Below, piece by piece: positions 25,190 to 36,400 of a stretch of 64,000 nt of DNA. Both the position numbers and the translations under genes were made by a program. This DNA comes from Escherichia coli. GTDB lineage: Bacteria; Pseudomonadota; Gammaproteobacteria; Enterobacterales; Enterobacteriaceae. The notes beneath the pieces were generated by a model. It was not told where the DNA came from and searched no databases. It saw nothing but the letters and a program-made list of their open reading frames with translations. Where the stretch lies: the NCBI RefSeq assembly GCF_024502345.1, contig NZ_JALDNN010000001.1. The stretch is one strand, 5' to 3'. Every line of letters starts with the position of its first letter. Within the stretch, counting starts at the first letter, position 1.

Positions 25190-26098
25190 TTACTTCTTAA
25201 TGCCCATCTCTTCTTCAAGCCAGGCTTTAAATTCCGTGCCAAGGGTGTTATGACGAATACCGTATTCAACGAAGGCCTGCATGTAACCTAATTTATTACC
25301 GCAGTCATGGCTCTTCCCTTTCATATGATAGGCTTCAACCGTTTCTTTTTCGATCAGCATATCAATTGCGTCGGTGAGCTGAATTTCATCACCAGCTCCC
25401 GGAGGGGTTTTTGCCAGCAACGGCCAAATATCCGCGCTAAGTACGTAACGACCCACAATAGCGAGATTAGACGGCGCAACATCCGCTTTTGGTTTTTCAA
25501 CCACGCCAACCATCGGTACGCTTTCACCCGGCGCTAATTCAACGCCTTTGCAATCCACAACGCCATATGCGGTCACATCAGCAACCGGTTCAACCATGAT
25601 CTGGCTATGACCCGTTTCATCGAAGCGGCGGATCATCTCTGCCAGGTTATCCTGTGACAAATCGGATTCATATTCATCCAGAATAACGTCAGGCAAAATA
25701 ACAGCCACAGGTTCATCACCCACTACCGGGTGAGCACACAATACCGCGTGTCCCAGGCCTTTCGCCAGCCCCTGACGAACTTGCATAATAGTTACGTGCG
25801 GCGGACAAATAGACTGCACTTCATCAAGCAGTTGACGTTTTACACGTTTTTCCAGCATTGCTTCCAGTTCAAAACTGGTATCAAAGTGGTTTTCAATAGA
25901 GTTTTTAGATGAGTGTGTAACCAGCACAATTTCAGTAATGCCAGCCGCAATACATTCATTCACGACGTATTGAATTAATGGCTTATCGACAAGTGGCAGC
26001 ATCTCTTTCGGGATGGCTTTCGTCGCCGGCAACATCCTGGTTCCTAATCCCGCAACGGGGATAACGGCTTTTTTGACTTTCGTATTAATGGCAGCCAT
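25190..26098 (-). CDS. galU: UTP--glucose-1-phosphate uridylyltransferase
   Basis: 302 aa, N-terminal nucleotide-binding motif [24 protein letters not shown]. Confidence 0.96.
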
Positions 26099-26299
26099 TT
26101 AAATTCTCCTGGACTGTTCGTGTTTTGAACGTGTTCATATTTCTGTATCGCATCCCAGTATATCAGCACCCCAGAGGGGCTAAGTTCTGAAAAGGATGCG
26201 AGTTAGCATAATTAAGACAATTACTTATACGAATGGCGACGATAGTACCACCAGCCGACATTAGCTGGTAATGCAAATTTAGCCCGCGTTATCGTTTGC

Positions 26300-27313
26300 T
26301 CATTCTGCAGACAACATCAAGCGCAGCCGACCACCGGTTCCCCATATTTGGCATTGCCAGGCATCGCATCGCTGGCTCAATTGATTCAAATAAGCGTTAC
26401 CTAAAGTGCCTAACGGAACACCATTACTGATTTGCACCTGGTGTTCGCCGGTATTTAACGTCGCATTCAGACCCGCAGAAACCAGAATGAGATTTTTCAG
26501 TTCGCGATGATAATAGCCAACTAATAGCGGAAACTGCCCCGGCAGATTGGCCTGACGGAGTAAATGGTTTACCTGCTTCAATAACGCGCCCAACTCTGGC
26601 AACCGTTGATTTTGGTGTGCAAGCTGTTCCTGTAATAATCCGTTAAACAATGCGCGTAATAACAAGGCAGCAAGTACGCCATTATGTCCAGCTCGGGTTA
26701 CATCAAGGCAATAAAATGCCAGATCGTTTTCCGAAAGTGCGGCAATATCAAGCACCAGGCCGGGTTTGTCCGCGGCAACCAATTGACGGTAATTAACCCG
26801 GCAATGGGAAATCACCTGCTGAACCGGCGGTTGTAGTTCCTGTAATAATTTCGCCGCTGCGGCAGGGTTATCAACCATTGCATCCCAGTCGCGAAAAAGC
26901 CTTTCCTCTTCCTCAACGCGCGAATTAAACATGCTGGGATAGAGACAGGCAAAAACCATCTCGCGCAAGCGATTCAGATCTTTAACTGGTTTCAGCAAAA
27001 CATCTTCAACGCCCAGACGTAACGCTTTGGCAATATCTGCCATATTTTCAGTGGCAGATATCACCAGAACTGGGGTCTGGTCGCCTCTGTTACGTATATG
27101 CTCCAGCAGTTTAAGCCCGTTCATTCGTGGCATCGCGATATCACATATCATCAGGTCTGGAGTGAAACCTCCCAGCAACTCAAGGGCATCCACCCCATCA
27201 GCCGCCAGTACCGTTGTCGCTCCCAATGAGGAAAACCACGAATCCAGAAGCGAGCGAAATACCTGCTCATCTTCAACAATGAGAATCTGTTTTCCGACCA
27301 ATGGCTGCGTCAT
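26300..27313 (-). CDS. rssB: RpoS adaptor response regulator RssB
   Basis: 337 aa, N-terminal receiver domain followed by PP2C-like domain. Confidence 0.95.
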   Translation of the reverse strand: MTQPLVGKQILIVEDEQVFRSLLDSWFSSLGATTVLAADGVDALELLGGFTPDLMICDIAMPRMNGLKLLEHIRNRGDQTPVLVISATENMADIAKALRLGVEDVLLKPVKDLNRLREMVFACLYPSMFNSRVEEEERLFRDWDAMVDNPAAAAKLLQELQPPVQQVISHCRVNYRQLVAADKPGLVLDIAALSENDLAFYCLDVTRAGHNGVLAALLLRALFNGLLQEQLAHQNQRLPELGALLKQVNHLLRQANLPGQFPLLVGYYHRELKNLILVSAGLNATLNTGEHQVQISNGVPLGTLGNAYLNQLSQRCDAWQCQIWGTGGRLRLMLSAE

Positions 27314-27404
27314 GTTCTCTCCCCTGACTGGCTTTACTCAATAGTGGCATGCTATTGCCACCTGCGCCTGTCAGAATTAACTTAAGTGTAGATAAAAATT
27401 CTGG

Positions 27405-28310
27405 TCAAATGTTGGTGCGTACCAACGGCAAAAGTTCGTCCATTTTCTTTTCCACTGCCAGCTGCCCGGCCGCAATGGCAGCGTGCGCGCGATGGAAATC
27501 AAGCGTAGATATTTGCGGGCAAACAGGTTGAATCAGAATATCGGGCGGATCACCTGCCATGCGGTTCCTTTTAAGGCGGTTCTCCAGCACCTGGATAGAA
27601 GTGGTCATAATCTCTGTTGCCGTTGGTGCTGTCACCGCCCGACGTGTCGTTATGCTGCCTAACCTTTCTTTCAGACGCGCATGCCACGGCAGAGAATCAC
27701 CATTCTCGCTATTTTCTTCACTGACATTAAAGGAGAGCAAATCTTGTTGCATCAAATGAGCATCGTGCTGCAGGTCGACCGCTATCACAATGTCAGCACC
27801 CAATGCACGCGTGAGCGAAATAGGAATTGGGTTAACGACTGCCCCATCAACCAGCCAGTAGCCGTTATGCGCAACGGGTGCCATTAGTCCTGGAATACTG
27901 CATGATGCGCGAATAGCAAGATGGAGATCGCCTTCAGTAAACCATAATTCACGCCCCGTACTTAAATTGGTGGCAACAGCCGCGAAGCGACGGGAACAAT
28001 TTTCGATCTCTGTTTCCGGCATTATTTCGCGGTATTGATTGAAGACACGCTCGCCGCGCAGTAACCCACCGCGCTGCCAGGAGAGATCCATCAGGCGTAA
28101 AACATCCCAATAACTGAAAGAGGTTACCCAATCTTCCAGCGCAGATAATCGATCGCATGCATAGGCCGCGCCCACCAGCGAACCAATTGAACATCCTGCA
28201 ACGATATCAATTTCAATACCCACTTTTTTTAGCGCATTAATAACGCCAATATGCGACCAACCTCTCGCCGCGCCAGATCCCAGCGCCAGCCCTATTTTTA
28301 TCTTTCTCAT
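27405..28310 (-). CDS. rssA: Patatin-like phospholipase RssA
   Basis: 301 aa from MRKIKIGLALGSGAARGWSHIG (GxGxxG and GCSIG serine motif); ORF track 5' end 28349 is an extension. Confidence 0.9.
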   Translation of the reverse strand: MRKIKIGLALGSGAARGWSHIGVINALKKVGIEIDIVAGCSIGSLVGAAYACDRLSALEDWVTSFSYWDVLRLMDLSWQRGGLLRGERVFNQYREIMPETEIENCSRRFAAVATNLSTGRELWFTEGDLHLAIRASCSIPGLMAPVAHNGYWLVDGAVVNPIPISLTRALGADIVIAVDLQHDAHLMQQDLLSFNVSEENSENGDSLPWHARLKERLGSITTRRAVTAPTATEIMTTSIQVLENRLKRNRMAGDPPDILIQPVCPQISTLDFHRAHAAIAAGQLAVEKKMDELLPLVRTNI

Positions 28311-28422
28311 TATTCCCGCAAGATTCCCCTGGAATGCAATCGTAGCCACATCGCTACTGCTCGGTTAACATAGTGCTACTCAGGCGGTTAATACGCCGTT
28401 ATTGTTTCCAGGGAGATTATTT

Positions 28423-28881
28423 GTGTCTCAGCTTTGTCCCTGTGGTAGTGCTGTCGAGTATAGCCTATGTTGCCACCCTTATGTGTCTGGTGAAAAGGTT
28501 GCACCTGATCCAGAACATCTCATGCGTTCGCGTTACTGCGCTTTTGTGATGCAAGACGCAGATTATTTAATAAAGACCTGGCATCCATCTTGTGGGGCAG
28601 CGGCGTTACGTGCCGAATTGATTGCCGGATTTGCGCATACTGAATGGTTGGGATTGACCGTATTTGAACATTGTTGGCAGGACGTCGACAATATCGGATT
28701 TGTCAGTTTTGTTGCTCGATTTACCGAAGGTGGCAAAACAGGTGCAATAATTGAACGTTCGCGATTTTTGAAAGAAAACGGTCAATGGTACTATATTGAC
28801 GGTACACGTCCGCAGTTTGGCCGCAACGATCCCTGCCCTTGTGGTTCAGGTAAAAAATTTAAAAAGTGCTGCGGCCAATAA
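28423..28881 (+). CDS. ychJ: UPF0225 protein YchJ (SEC-C motif protein)
   Basis: 152 aa from GTG start ([10 protein letters not shown]...), C-terminal [18 protein letters not shown] motif; GGGAG RBS. Confidence 0.85.
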   Translation: MSQLCPCGSAVEYSLCCHPYVSGEKVAPDPEHLMRSRYCAFVMQDADYLIKTWHPSCGAAALRAELIAGFAHTEWLGLTVFEHCWQDVDNIGFVSFVARFTEGGKTGAIIERSRFLKENGQWYYIDGTRPQFGRNDPCPCGSGKKFKKCCGQ

Positions 28882-28930
28882 TGGTTGACGGTACGGTTTA
28901 GCAAACACTCTCAACAAGGTTTTTCCAGCA

Positions 28931-29773
28931 ATGCATTCACTCCAACGTAAAGTTCTGCGTACTATTTGTCCGGACCAAAAAGGTCTGATCGCACGTATTA
29001 CCAATATTTGCTACAAGCACGAGTTAAATATCGTACAGAACAATGAATTTGTTGATCACCGTACCGGGCGCTTTTTTATGCGCACGGAACTGGAAGGGAT
29101 TTTTAATGATTCCACCCTGCTGGCGGATCTCGATAGCGCATTGCCAGAAGGCTCCGTGCGTGAGCTGAATCCTGCCGGTCGTCGCCGGATAGTGATTCTG
29201 GTCACTAAAGAAGCGCATTGCCTTGGCGATTTGTTGATGAAAGCCAATTACGGCGGCCTGGATGTCGAAATCGCGGCAGTTATTGGTAACCACGATACTT
29301 TACGTTCTCTGGTTGAGCGTTTTGATATACCGTTTGAGCTGGTAAGCCATGAAGGGTTAAGCCGCAACGAGCACGATCAAAAGATGGCGGATGCCATTGA
29401 TGCTTATCAACCTGACTACGTGGTGCTGGCGAAGTATATGCGGGTATTAACACCGGAATTTGTGGCACGCTTCCCGAATAAAATCATCAATATTCACCAT
29501 TCATTCCTGCCAGCGTTTATCGGCGCACGTCCTTATCACCAGGCCTATGAACGTGGCGTGAAGATTATTGGCGCAACAGCTCACTATGTGAATGACAATC
29601 TGGACGAAGGCCCAATCATCATGCAGGACGTTATTCATGTCGATCATACCTACACAGCTGAAGATATGATGCGCGCAGGTCGTGACGTCGAGAAAAACGT
29701 CTTAAGTCGCGCGCTCTACAAAGTACTGGCGCAGCGCGTCTTTGTTTACGGTAATCGGACGATTATTCTTTAA
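28931..29773 (+). CDS. purU: Formyltetrahydrofolate deformylase
   Basis: 280 aa, N-terminal ACT domain and C-terminal formyltransferase domain. Confidence 0.95.
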   Translation: MHSLQRKVLRTICPDQKGLIARITNICYKHELNIVQNNEFVDHRTGRFFMRTELEGIFNDSTLLADLDSALPEGSVRELNPAGRRRIVILVTKEAHCLGDLLMKANYGGLDVEIAAVIGNHDTLRSLVERFDIPFELVSHEGLSRNEHDQKMADAIDAYQPDYVVLAKYMRVLTPEFVARFPNKIINIHHSFLPAFIGARPYHQAYERGVKIIGATAHYVNDNLDEGPIIMQDVIHVDHTYTAEDMMRAGRDVEKNVLSRALYKVLAQRVFVYGNRTIIL

Positions 29774-29854
29774 TCGCCAGCAAAAATAACTGGTTACCTT
29801 TAATCCGTTACGGATGAAAATTACGCAACCAGTTCATTTTTCTCAACGTAACAC

Positions 29855-29883
29855 TTTACAGCGGCGCGTCATTTGATATGATG
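29855..29883 (+). promoter_or_regulatory. tyrT promoter (-35 TTTACA, -10 TATGAT, GC-rich discriminator)
   Basis: TTTACAGCGGCGCGTCATTTGATATGATGCGCCCCGCTTCCC about 40 nt upstream of mature tRNA 5' end. Confidence 0.85.
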
Positions 29884-29932
29884 CGCCCCGCTTCCCGATA
29901 AGGGAGCAGGCCAGTAAAAAGCATTACCCCGT

Positions 29933-30017
<85 letters not shown>

Positions 30018-30051
30018 TCTCAAGCATTACCTCGAAATTTGAATTACCCCT

Positions 30052-30136
<85 letters not shown>

Positions 30137-30317
30137 TCACTTTTCAAAAGTCCGTAAACTCTCAAACGAATCCGCAATTAAATATTCTGCCCAAGCGGGG
30201 AAGGATGAGAAGCTTCGACCAAGGTTCGACTTGAGCGCCAGCGAGAGAGCGTTGCCGCAGGCAACGACCCGAAGGGCGAAGCGCGCAGCGCTGAGTAATC
30301 CTTCCCCCACCACCATC
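30137..30317 (+). repeat. tyrT operon distal repeat unit (rtT RNA / tpr region) ending in a third copy of the tRNA 3' end
   Basis: CCTTCCCCCACCACCAT recurs at 30002, 30121 and 30300; unit contains tpr-like ORF. Confidence 0.65.
30205..30294 (+). pseudogene. tpr: tpr-like protamine-like small ORF with in-frame TGA at codon 10
   Basis: ATG AGA AGC TTC GAC CAA GGT TCG ACT TGA then GCG CCA GCG AGA GAG CGT TGC CGC AGG CAA CGA CCC GAA GGG CGA AGC GCG CAG CGC TGA, i.e. [28 protein letters not shown]. Confidence 0.45.
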
Positions 30318-30377
30318 GCTTCCTGAAATAATCAAAACCTGTTACTCCGAGCTAATTTTGCCCAATGGCACCACGTT

Positions 30378-30433
30378 TACCGGACCTACAATATCCTCCC
30401 CTGTAGGTCGGATAAGCGAAGCGCATCCGACAA
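30378..30433. repeat. REP-like palindromic element
   Basis: CGGACCTACA...TGTAGGTCGGATAAGCGAAGCGCATCCGACAA, resembles REP consensus (GCCGGATGCG...CTTATCCGGCCTAC). Confidence 0.55.
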
Positions 30434-30498
30434 CTCACCCCGCACCGTGCCCATAAAAAAACCCCGCCGAAGCAGGGTCTATGTGAACTAAAATTCGC

Positions 30499-31176
30499 TT
30501 AGTGACGAGCGCGCACCAGCTGGTACTTACGTGTCAGATACTCCACCGGTACGCTCCAGATGTGTACCAGACGCGAGAACGGGAACAGCAGGAATAACGT
30601 CATCCCCAGCACCAGGTGTAGACGGAAGATAAACGCCACACCATCGAGGTGTTGAGAAGCGCCACCGTGGAAGGTCACCACCGACTGCGCCCAGCCAACC
30701 AGTTTCATCATCTCGCTACCGTCCATATGCTGAGCGGAGAATGGAATGGTCAGCAGGCCCAGCGCGCACTGGATAACGAGCAGCGACAGGATCAGGATAT
30801 CCGCTCCGGTAGTGGTTGCACGCACGCGTGGGCTGAACAGACGACGCTTCAGCAACAGCACGCCGCCAATCAGACACAGCACACCGCTGGCACCACCAGC
30901 AAACATCGCCATTTTCTGTTTCACTTCAATCGGCAGCCAGGCTTCATACATCCAGTGCGGCGTCAGCATACCGAAGAAGTGACCAACAAAAATCCCCAGA
31001 ATACCGATATGGAACAGGTTCGACGCCAGGTTCATCCCTTTGCGATCCAGCATCTGGCTGGACGCCGCGCGCCAGGTGTACTGCCCGTAGTCATAACGCA
31101 GCCAGCTACCAATCAGGAAGACCGCCCCGGCTATGTACGGGTAGATATCAAAGAAGAACATATTCAGGAATTGCAT
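30499..31176 (-). CDS. narI: Respiratory nitrate reductase A gamma subunit (cytochrome b)
   Basis: 225 aa polytopic heme-b protein, last gene of narGHJI. Confidence 0.96.
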   Translation of the reverse strand: MQFLNMFFFDIYPYIAGAVFLIGSWLRYDYGQYTWRAASSQMLDRKGMNLASNLFHIGILGIFVGHFFGMLTPHWMYEAWLPIEVKQKMAMFAGGASGVLCLIGGVLLLKRRLFSPRVRATTTGADILILSLLVIQCALGLLTIPFSAQHMDGSEMMKLVGWAQSVVTFHGGASQHLDGVAFIFRLHLVLGMTLFLLFPFSRLVHIWSVPVEYLTRKYQLVRARH

Positions 31177-31886
31177 TAGTGCTGTCCTCCGGTGGTGATA
31201 TTCAGATATTGCGGCGCGACGGCACCGGCAAAGCGACGCTGATGAGCAGTGATTGCTGAATCACCGCAGCCTTTGTCAGCAAAGAATTTAACCTGCTCTT
31301 CTTCCCAGACAGCATCCAGCGCCTGCGGCGTATCGTCGCGCGCTTCGTCGGCAATTTTTTCCGCCACTTTGTCGCTGTCGATAGCGGTATTCGCCAGTTT
31401 CATCAGCAGATCAAACAGCACGGCATAACGGCTTTCACGCTGTTGCAGACGCGCGCTCAGCAATGCCAGAATCGGCGCGATATCTTTCAAACCTTCCACG
31501 GCTTCGCTTTGCGGTAGCTGCGCCAGGTACTCCAGATACAGCGGCAGATGGTCCGGCAATTCGCGGCTGTTTAACTGCAAGCCGTGCTGCTCGTACTGCG
31601 CCAGCAGGTCCACCATCGCCTGGCCGCGGTCGCGGGATTCGCCGTGCACATGTTCAAACAGCAACAGTGACGTGGCGCGGCCACGGTCGAACAGTTCGCT
31701 GTACTGCGCCTGGGCATCGAGCGGATCCATCGTCGTTAAATCGCGCAGGAAAATGCCCAGCGCATGGGCATCCTCTTTTGGCAGATTTTTCGACGCGGCA
31801 ATCGCCTCAAACATCTCTTGTTGATGCTGCCATAAGGCAGCATCCGGATATTCAAGGAGACGCGATACAATCACGAGTTCGATCAT
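31176..31886 (-). CDS. narJ: Nitrate reductase molybdenum cofactor assembly chaperone
   Basis: 236 aa, overlaps narI start by 1 nt. Confidence 0.95.
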   Translation of the reverse strand: MIELVIVSRLLEYPDAALWQHQQEMFEAIAASKNLPKEDAHALGIFLRDLTTMDPLDAQAQYSELFDRGRATSLLLFEHVHGESRDRGQAMVDLLAQYEQHGLQLNSRELPDHLPLYLEYLAQLPQSEAVEGLKDIAPILALLSARLQQRESRYAVLFDLLMKLANTAIDSDKVAEKIADEARDDTPQALDAVWEEEQVKFFADKGCGDSAITAHQRRFAGAVAPQYLNITTGGQH

Positions 31887-33421
31887 GGATGCGGCTCCGT
31901 TTTGCTGGTCACATCGATGGCATCGATACGACGGCTGTTGAACAGATTGAATTTGGTATCTGAACCGTGGCAGCCATCACCAAAGGTAAAGCCGCAGCCA
32001 TTTTTCTCCGGGAAGGCTTCCCGTGCCAGTTCACGATGACTACTCGGCACCACAAAGCGATCTTCGTAGTTAGCAATCGCCAGATAACGGTACATCTCCT
32101 GTGCCTGGGCTTCGGTCAGACCGACCTCTTCCAGCGCACGGGTATCCACTTTCCCGTCAACGGTTTCAGCACGTTTGTAATGACGCATCGCCAGCATACG
32201 TTTCAGCGCGCGCAGTACCGGTTTGGTATCACCGGCGGTCAGCAGATTCGCCAGATACTGTACCGGAATACGCAGGCTTTCGACGTCTGGCAGAATGCCG
32301 TTGCTACCCAGCTCACCCGCGTCTGCTGCAGACTGAATCGGAGACAGAGGCGGCACGTACCAGACCATCGGCAGTGTGCGATATTCTGGATGCAGCGGCA
32401 GCGCCAGTTTCCATTCCATTGCCATTTTATAAACCGGCGACTGCTGTGCGGCTTCAATAACGCTCAGCGGAATACCGTCTTTAATCGCCTGCTCGATGAC
32501 TTTCGGATCGTTCGGATCGAGGAACACCTCCAGCTGACGCTGGTAAAGATCTTTCTCGTTCTCGGTGCTGGCTGCACGTTCAATCGCGTCGGCATCGTAC
32601 AGCAGCACGCCAAGATAACGGATACGACCGACACAGGTTTCTGAGCACACGGTCGGCTGACCCGCTTCAATACGCGGATAGCAGAAGATGCACTTCTCAG
32701 ACTTACCGCTCTTCCAGTTGAAGTAGATTTTTTTGTACGGGCATCCGGTGATGCACATACGCCAGCCACGGCATTTATCCTGGTCGATCAGGACGATGCC
32801 ATCTTCTTCACGCTTGTAAATCGCACCGCTCGGGCAGGTCGCCACACATGCCGGGTTCAGGCAGTGTTCGCACAGGCGCGGCAAATACATCATAAAGGTG
32901 TTTTCGAACTGGCTATACATCGCCTTCTGGATGTTGTCGAAGTTCTTGTCTTTCGCCAGTTTGTCAAACTCACCACCCAGGTCATCTTCCCAGTTCGGCC
33001 CTTTTTCGATTTTCGCCATCCGTTCCCCGGTAATCAGCGAACGCGGACGGGCAATCGGCTGCGATTTGCTGCCTTCAGGCGCGGTATGCAGGTTCTGATA
33101 GTCAAAATCGAACGGCTCGTAATAATCGTCGATCCCCGGCAGATGCGGGTTAGCGAAGATTTTACCCAGCAACATGGCACGGTTACCCATGCGCGGCTGC
33201 AGTTTGCCGTTGATTTTACGGATCCAGCCGCCTTTGTATTTTTCCTGGTTTTCCCAGTCAGTCGGGAAGCCCTGACCCGGCTTGGTTTCCACGTTGTTGA
33301 ACCACGCGTATTCCACGCCTTCACGGCTGGTCCAGACGTTTTTACAGGTAACTGAACAGGTGTGACAGCCGATGCACTTATCGAGATTCAGCACCATGCC
33401 GACTTGTGAACGAATTTTCAT
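31883..33421 (-). CDS. narH: Respiratory nitrate reductase A beta subunit (Fe-S)
   Basis: 512 aa with multiple CxxCxxCxxxCP ferredoxin motifs. Confidence 0.97.
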   Translation of the reverse strand: MKIRSQVGMVLNLDKCIGCHTCSVTCKNVWTSREGVEYAWFNNVETKPGQGFPTDWENQEKYKGGWIRKINGKLQPRMGNRAMLLGKIFANPHLPGIDDYYEPFDFDYQNLHTAPEGSKSQPIARPRSLITGERMAKIEKGPNWEDDLGGEFDKLAKDKNFDNIQKAMYSQFENTFMMYLPRLCEHCLNPACVATCPSGAIYKREEDGIVLIDQDKCRGWRMCITGCPYKKIYFNWKSGKSEKCIFCYPRIEAGQPTVCSETCVGRIRYLGVLLYDADAIERAASTENEKDLYQRQLEVFLDPNDPKVIEQAIKDGIPLSVIEAAQQSPVYKMAMEWKLALPLHPEYRTLPMVWYVPPLSPIQSAADAGELGSNGILPDVESLRIPVQYLANLLTAGDTKPVLRALKRMLAMRHYKRAETVDGKVDTRALEEVGLTEAQAQEMYRYLAIANYEDRFVVPSSHRELAREAFPEKNGCGFTFGDGCHGSDTKFNLFNSRRIDAIDVTSKTEPHP

Positions 33422-36400
33422 TTTACGCTCTCCTGTACCTGGTCATTGCCTTCGCCATCTAACCAGTCAATGTTCTTCATCTTACGCACTACAACAAACT
33501 CATCGCGGTTAGAACCTACGGTGCCGTAGTAGTTAAAGCCGTATGCCAGATGGGCATAGCCGCCGATCATATGCGTCGGTTTCGGCGTGATACGGGTGAC
33601 CGAGTTATGGATACCACCACGCTGTTGGGTAATTTCCGAACCAGGCAGGTTAACGATACGTTCCTGCGCGTGGTACATCATGGTCATCCCTGCCGGAACA
33701 CGCTGGCTGACAACCGCACGGGCAGTCAGAGCACCGTTGCTGTTGAATACTTCAATCCAGTCGTTATCGGCGATACCCAGATCTTTGGCATCGGCTTCAC
33801 TCAACCAGACCACCGGACCACCGCGACCTAAAGTCAGCATCAGCAGGTTGTCGCTGTAGGTGGAGTGGATACCCCACTTCTGGTGCGGCGTCAGGAAGTT
33901 GAGCGCTTTTTCCGGGTTGCCGTTGGATTTCTGGCCTATCACTTCTTTCACCGAACGGGTGTCGATCGGCGGACGATAAACCAGCAGGCTTTCACCGAAA
34001 TCACGCATCCACTGGTGATCCTGATACAGTTGCTGACGACCAGAGAGCGTACGCCATGGGATCAGCTCGTGAACGTTGGTGTAACCGGCGTTGTAAGAAA
34101 CGTGTTCATCTTCCAGACCAGACCAGGTCGGGCTGGAGATAATTTTGCGCGGCTGTGCCTGAATATCGCGGAAGCGGATCTTCTCGTCTTCTTTATTCAG
34201 CGCCAGATGCGTATGGTCACGACCGGTAAATTCGCTCAGGGCAGCCCAGGCTTTCACGGCTACCTGACCGTTGGTTTCCGGTGCCAGTGTCAGGATCATC
34301 TCTGCCGCATCAATTGCGGTGTTCAGCATCGGCTGGCCTTTCGCCGGACCTTCCGCTTTGGTGTAGTTGAGCTTACGCAGCAGATCCATCTCGCTCTGGG
34401 TGTTCCAGGCAATCCCTTTACCGCCGTTACCGATTTTCTCCATCAGCGGGCCGATAGAGGTAAAGCGTTCGTAAGTTGCCGGATAATCGCGCTCTACGAC
34501 CATAATGTGCGGTGCAGTTTTGCCTGGGATCAGGTCGCATTCGCCTTTTTTCCAGTCTTTCACATCCAGCGGCTGCGCCAGTTCAGCGGCAGAGTCGTGC
34601 TGGATAGGCAGCGTGACGATGTCGGTTTCTTTACCCAGATGGCCGACGCACACTTCGGAGAATTTCTTCGCGATGGCTTTGTAGATTTCCCAGTCGCTTT
34701 TCGCTTCCCAGGCCGGATCGACCGCCGCAGACAGCGGGTGAATAAACGGATGCATATCCGAAGTATTCATGTCGTCTTTTTCGTACCAGGTCGCCGTCGG
34801 CAAAATGATGTCGGAATAGAGGCAGGTGCTCGACAGACGGAAGTCCAGCGTAACCACCAGATCCAGCTTGCCTTCCAGACCATTGTCCTGCCAGTCCACT
34901 TCTTCCGGCTTCACGCCGCCCTGCTGCCCCAGATCTTTACCCTGGATACCGTGCTCCGTCCCCAGCAGGTACTTGAGCATAAACTCATGACCTTTACCGG
35001 AAGAACCGAGCAGGTTAGAACGCCAGATGAACAGGTTGCGCGGGTGGTTTTTACCGTTTTCTGGTTGTTCTGCCGCAAAACGGATGGAACCCTCTTTCAG
35101 GGATTTCACCGTATAGTCCACCGGATTCATCCCGGCTTTTTCCGCTTCGCCAGCGATAGTCAGCGGGTTAGTGCCTAACTGCGGTGCAGACGGCAGCCAG
35201 CCCATGCGTTCCGCACGGACGTTAAAGTCGATCAGGTGTCCGGTATAACGGGATTTATCCGCCATCGGTGACAGCAGTTCTTCCGCAGTCACGGTTTCAT
35301 AACGCCACTGGCTGGAGTGGTTATAGAAATAAGAAGTGCTGTTCATGTGACGCGCCGGACGCTGCCAGTCAAGGGCAAACGCCAGCGGCTGCCAGCCGGT
35401 TTGCGGACGCAGTTTTTCCTGACCTACATAGTGCGCCCAGCCGCCCCCGCTCTGACCGACACAACCGCAGAAAATCAGCATGTTGATCAGACCACGATAG
35501 TTCATATCGAGGTGATACCAGTGGTTCAGCCCCGCACCGACGATAATCATCGAACGACCGTGGGTTTTATCAGCGTTGTCGGCAAATTCACGGGCAATAC
35601 GGATAATCTGGCTACGAGAAACGCCAGTGATCTGCTCGGCCCAGGCAGGGGTGTAAGCTTTCACATCATCGTAGCTGGTTGCGCAGTTTACGTCGTTCAG
35701 GCCACGTTCCAGACCGTAGTTTGCCAGCGTCAGATCGTAAACGGTAGTCACCAGAGCGGTGCTGCCGTCAGCCAGTTGCAGGCGTTTCACCGGCAGCTTG
35801 TGCAGGAGCACGTTTTCCAGTTCCACTTTGTTGAAGTGTTCAGTACCGTCGCCACCAAAGTACGGGAAGCCCACCTCAGCGATCTCATCCTGGCTACCCA
35901 GCAGGCTCAGTTGCAGCTCGGTTTCTTCGCCAGTTTTGCCGTCGCGCTGCTCAAGATTCCATTTGCCCTTCTCGCCCCAGCGGAAGCCAATAGAACCGTT
36001 CGGCGCAACCATTTCGCCATTGGTATTAAAGGCGACAGTTTTCCATTCCGGATTGTTTTCCTGGCCCAGCGCATCAACCAGATCAGCAGCGCGCAGCATA
36101 CGACCTGCAGCGTAGTAACCGTCGCGTTCTTCCAGCATCACCAGCATCGGCATGTCGGTGTAGCGACGCACATAGTCGGTGAAATACTGGCTTGGGTTGT
36201 CGAGGTGGAATTCACGCAGCATTACGTGGCCCATCGCCAGCGCCATTGCCGCATCGGTGCCCTGTTTCGGTGCCAGCCACAGATCGCACAGTTTGGCGAT
36301 TTCAGCGTAGTCTGGTGTGACGGCAACAGTTTTGGTGCCTTTGTAACGCACTTCAGTAAAGAAGTGAGCATCCGGGGTACGCGTCTGCGGCACGTTTGAA

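Noticed and set aside
33865..36399. 437-aa and 360-aa ORFs on the plus strand inside narG
   Set aside because: Antisense to narG; no RBS or domain signatures; explained by the narG coding sequence.
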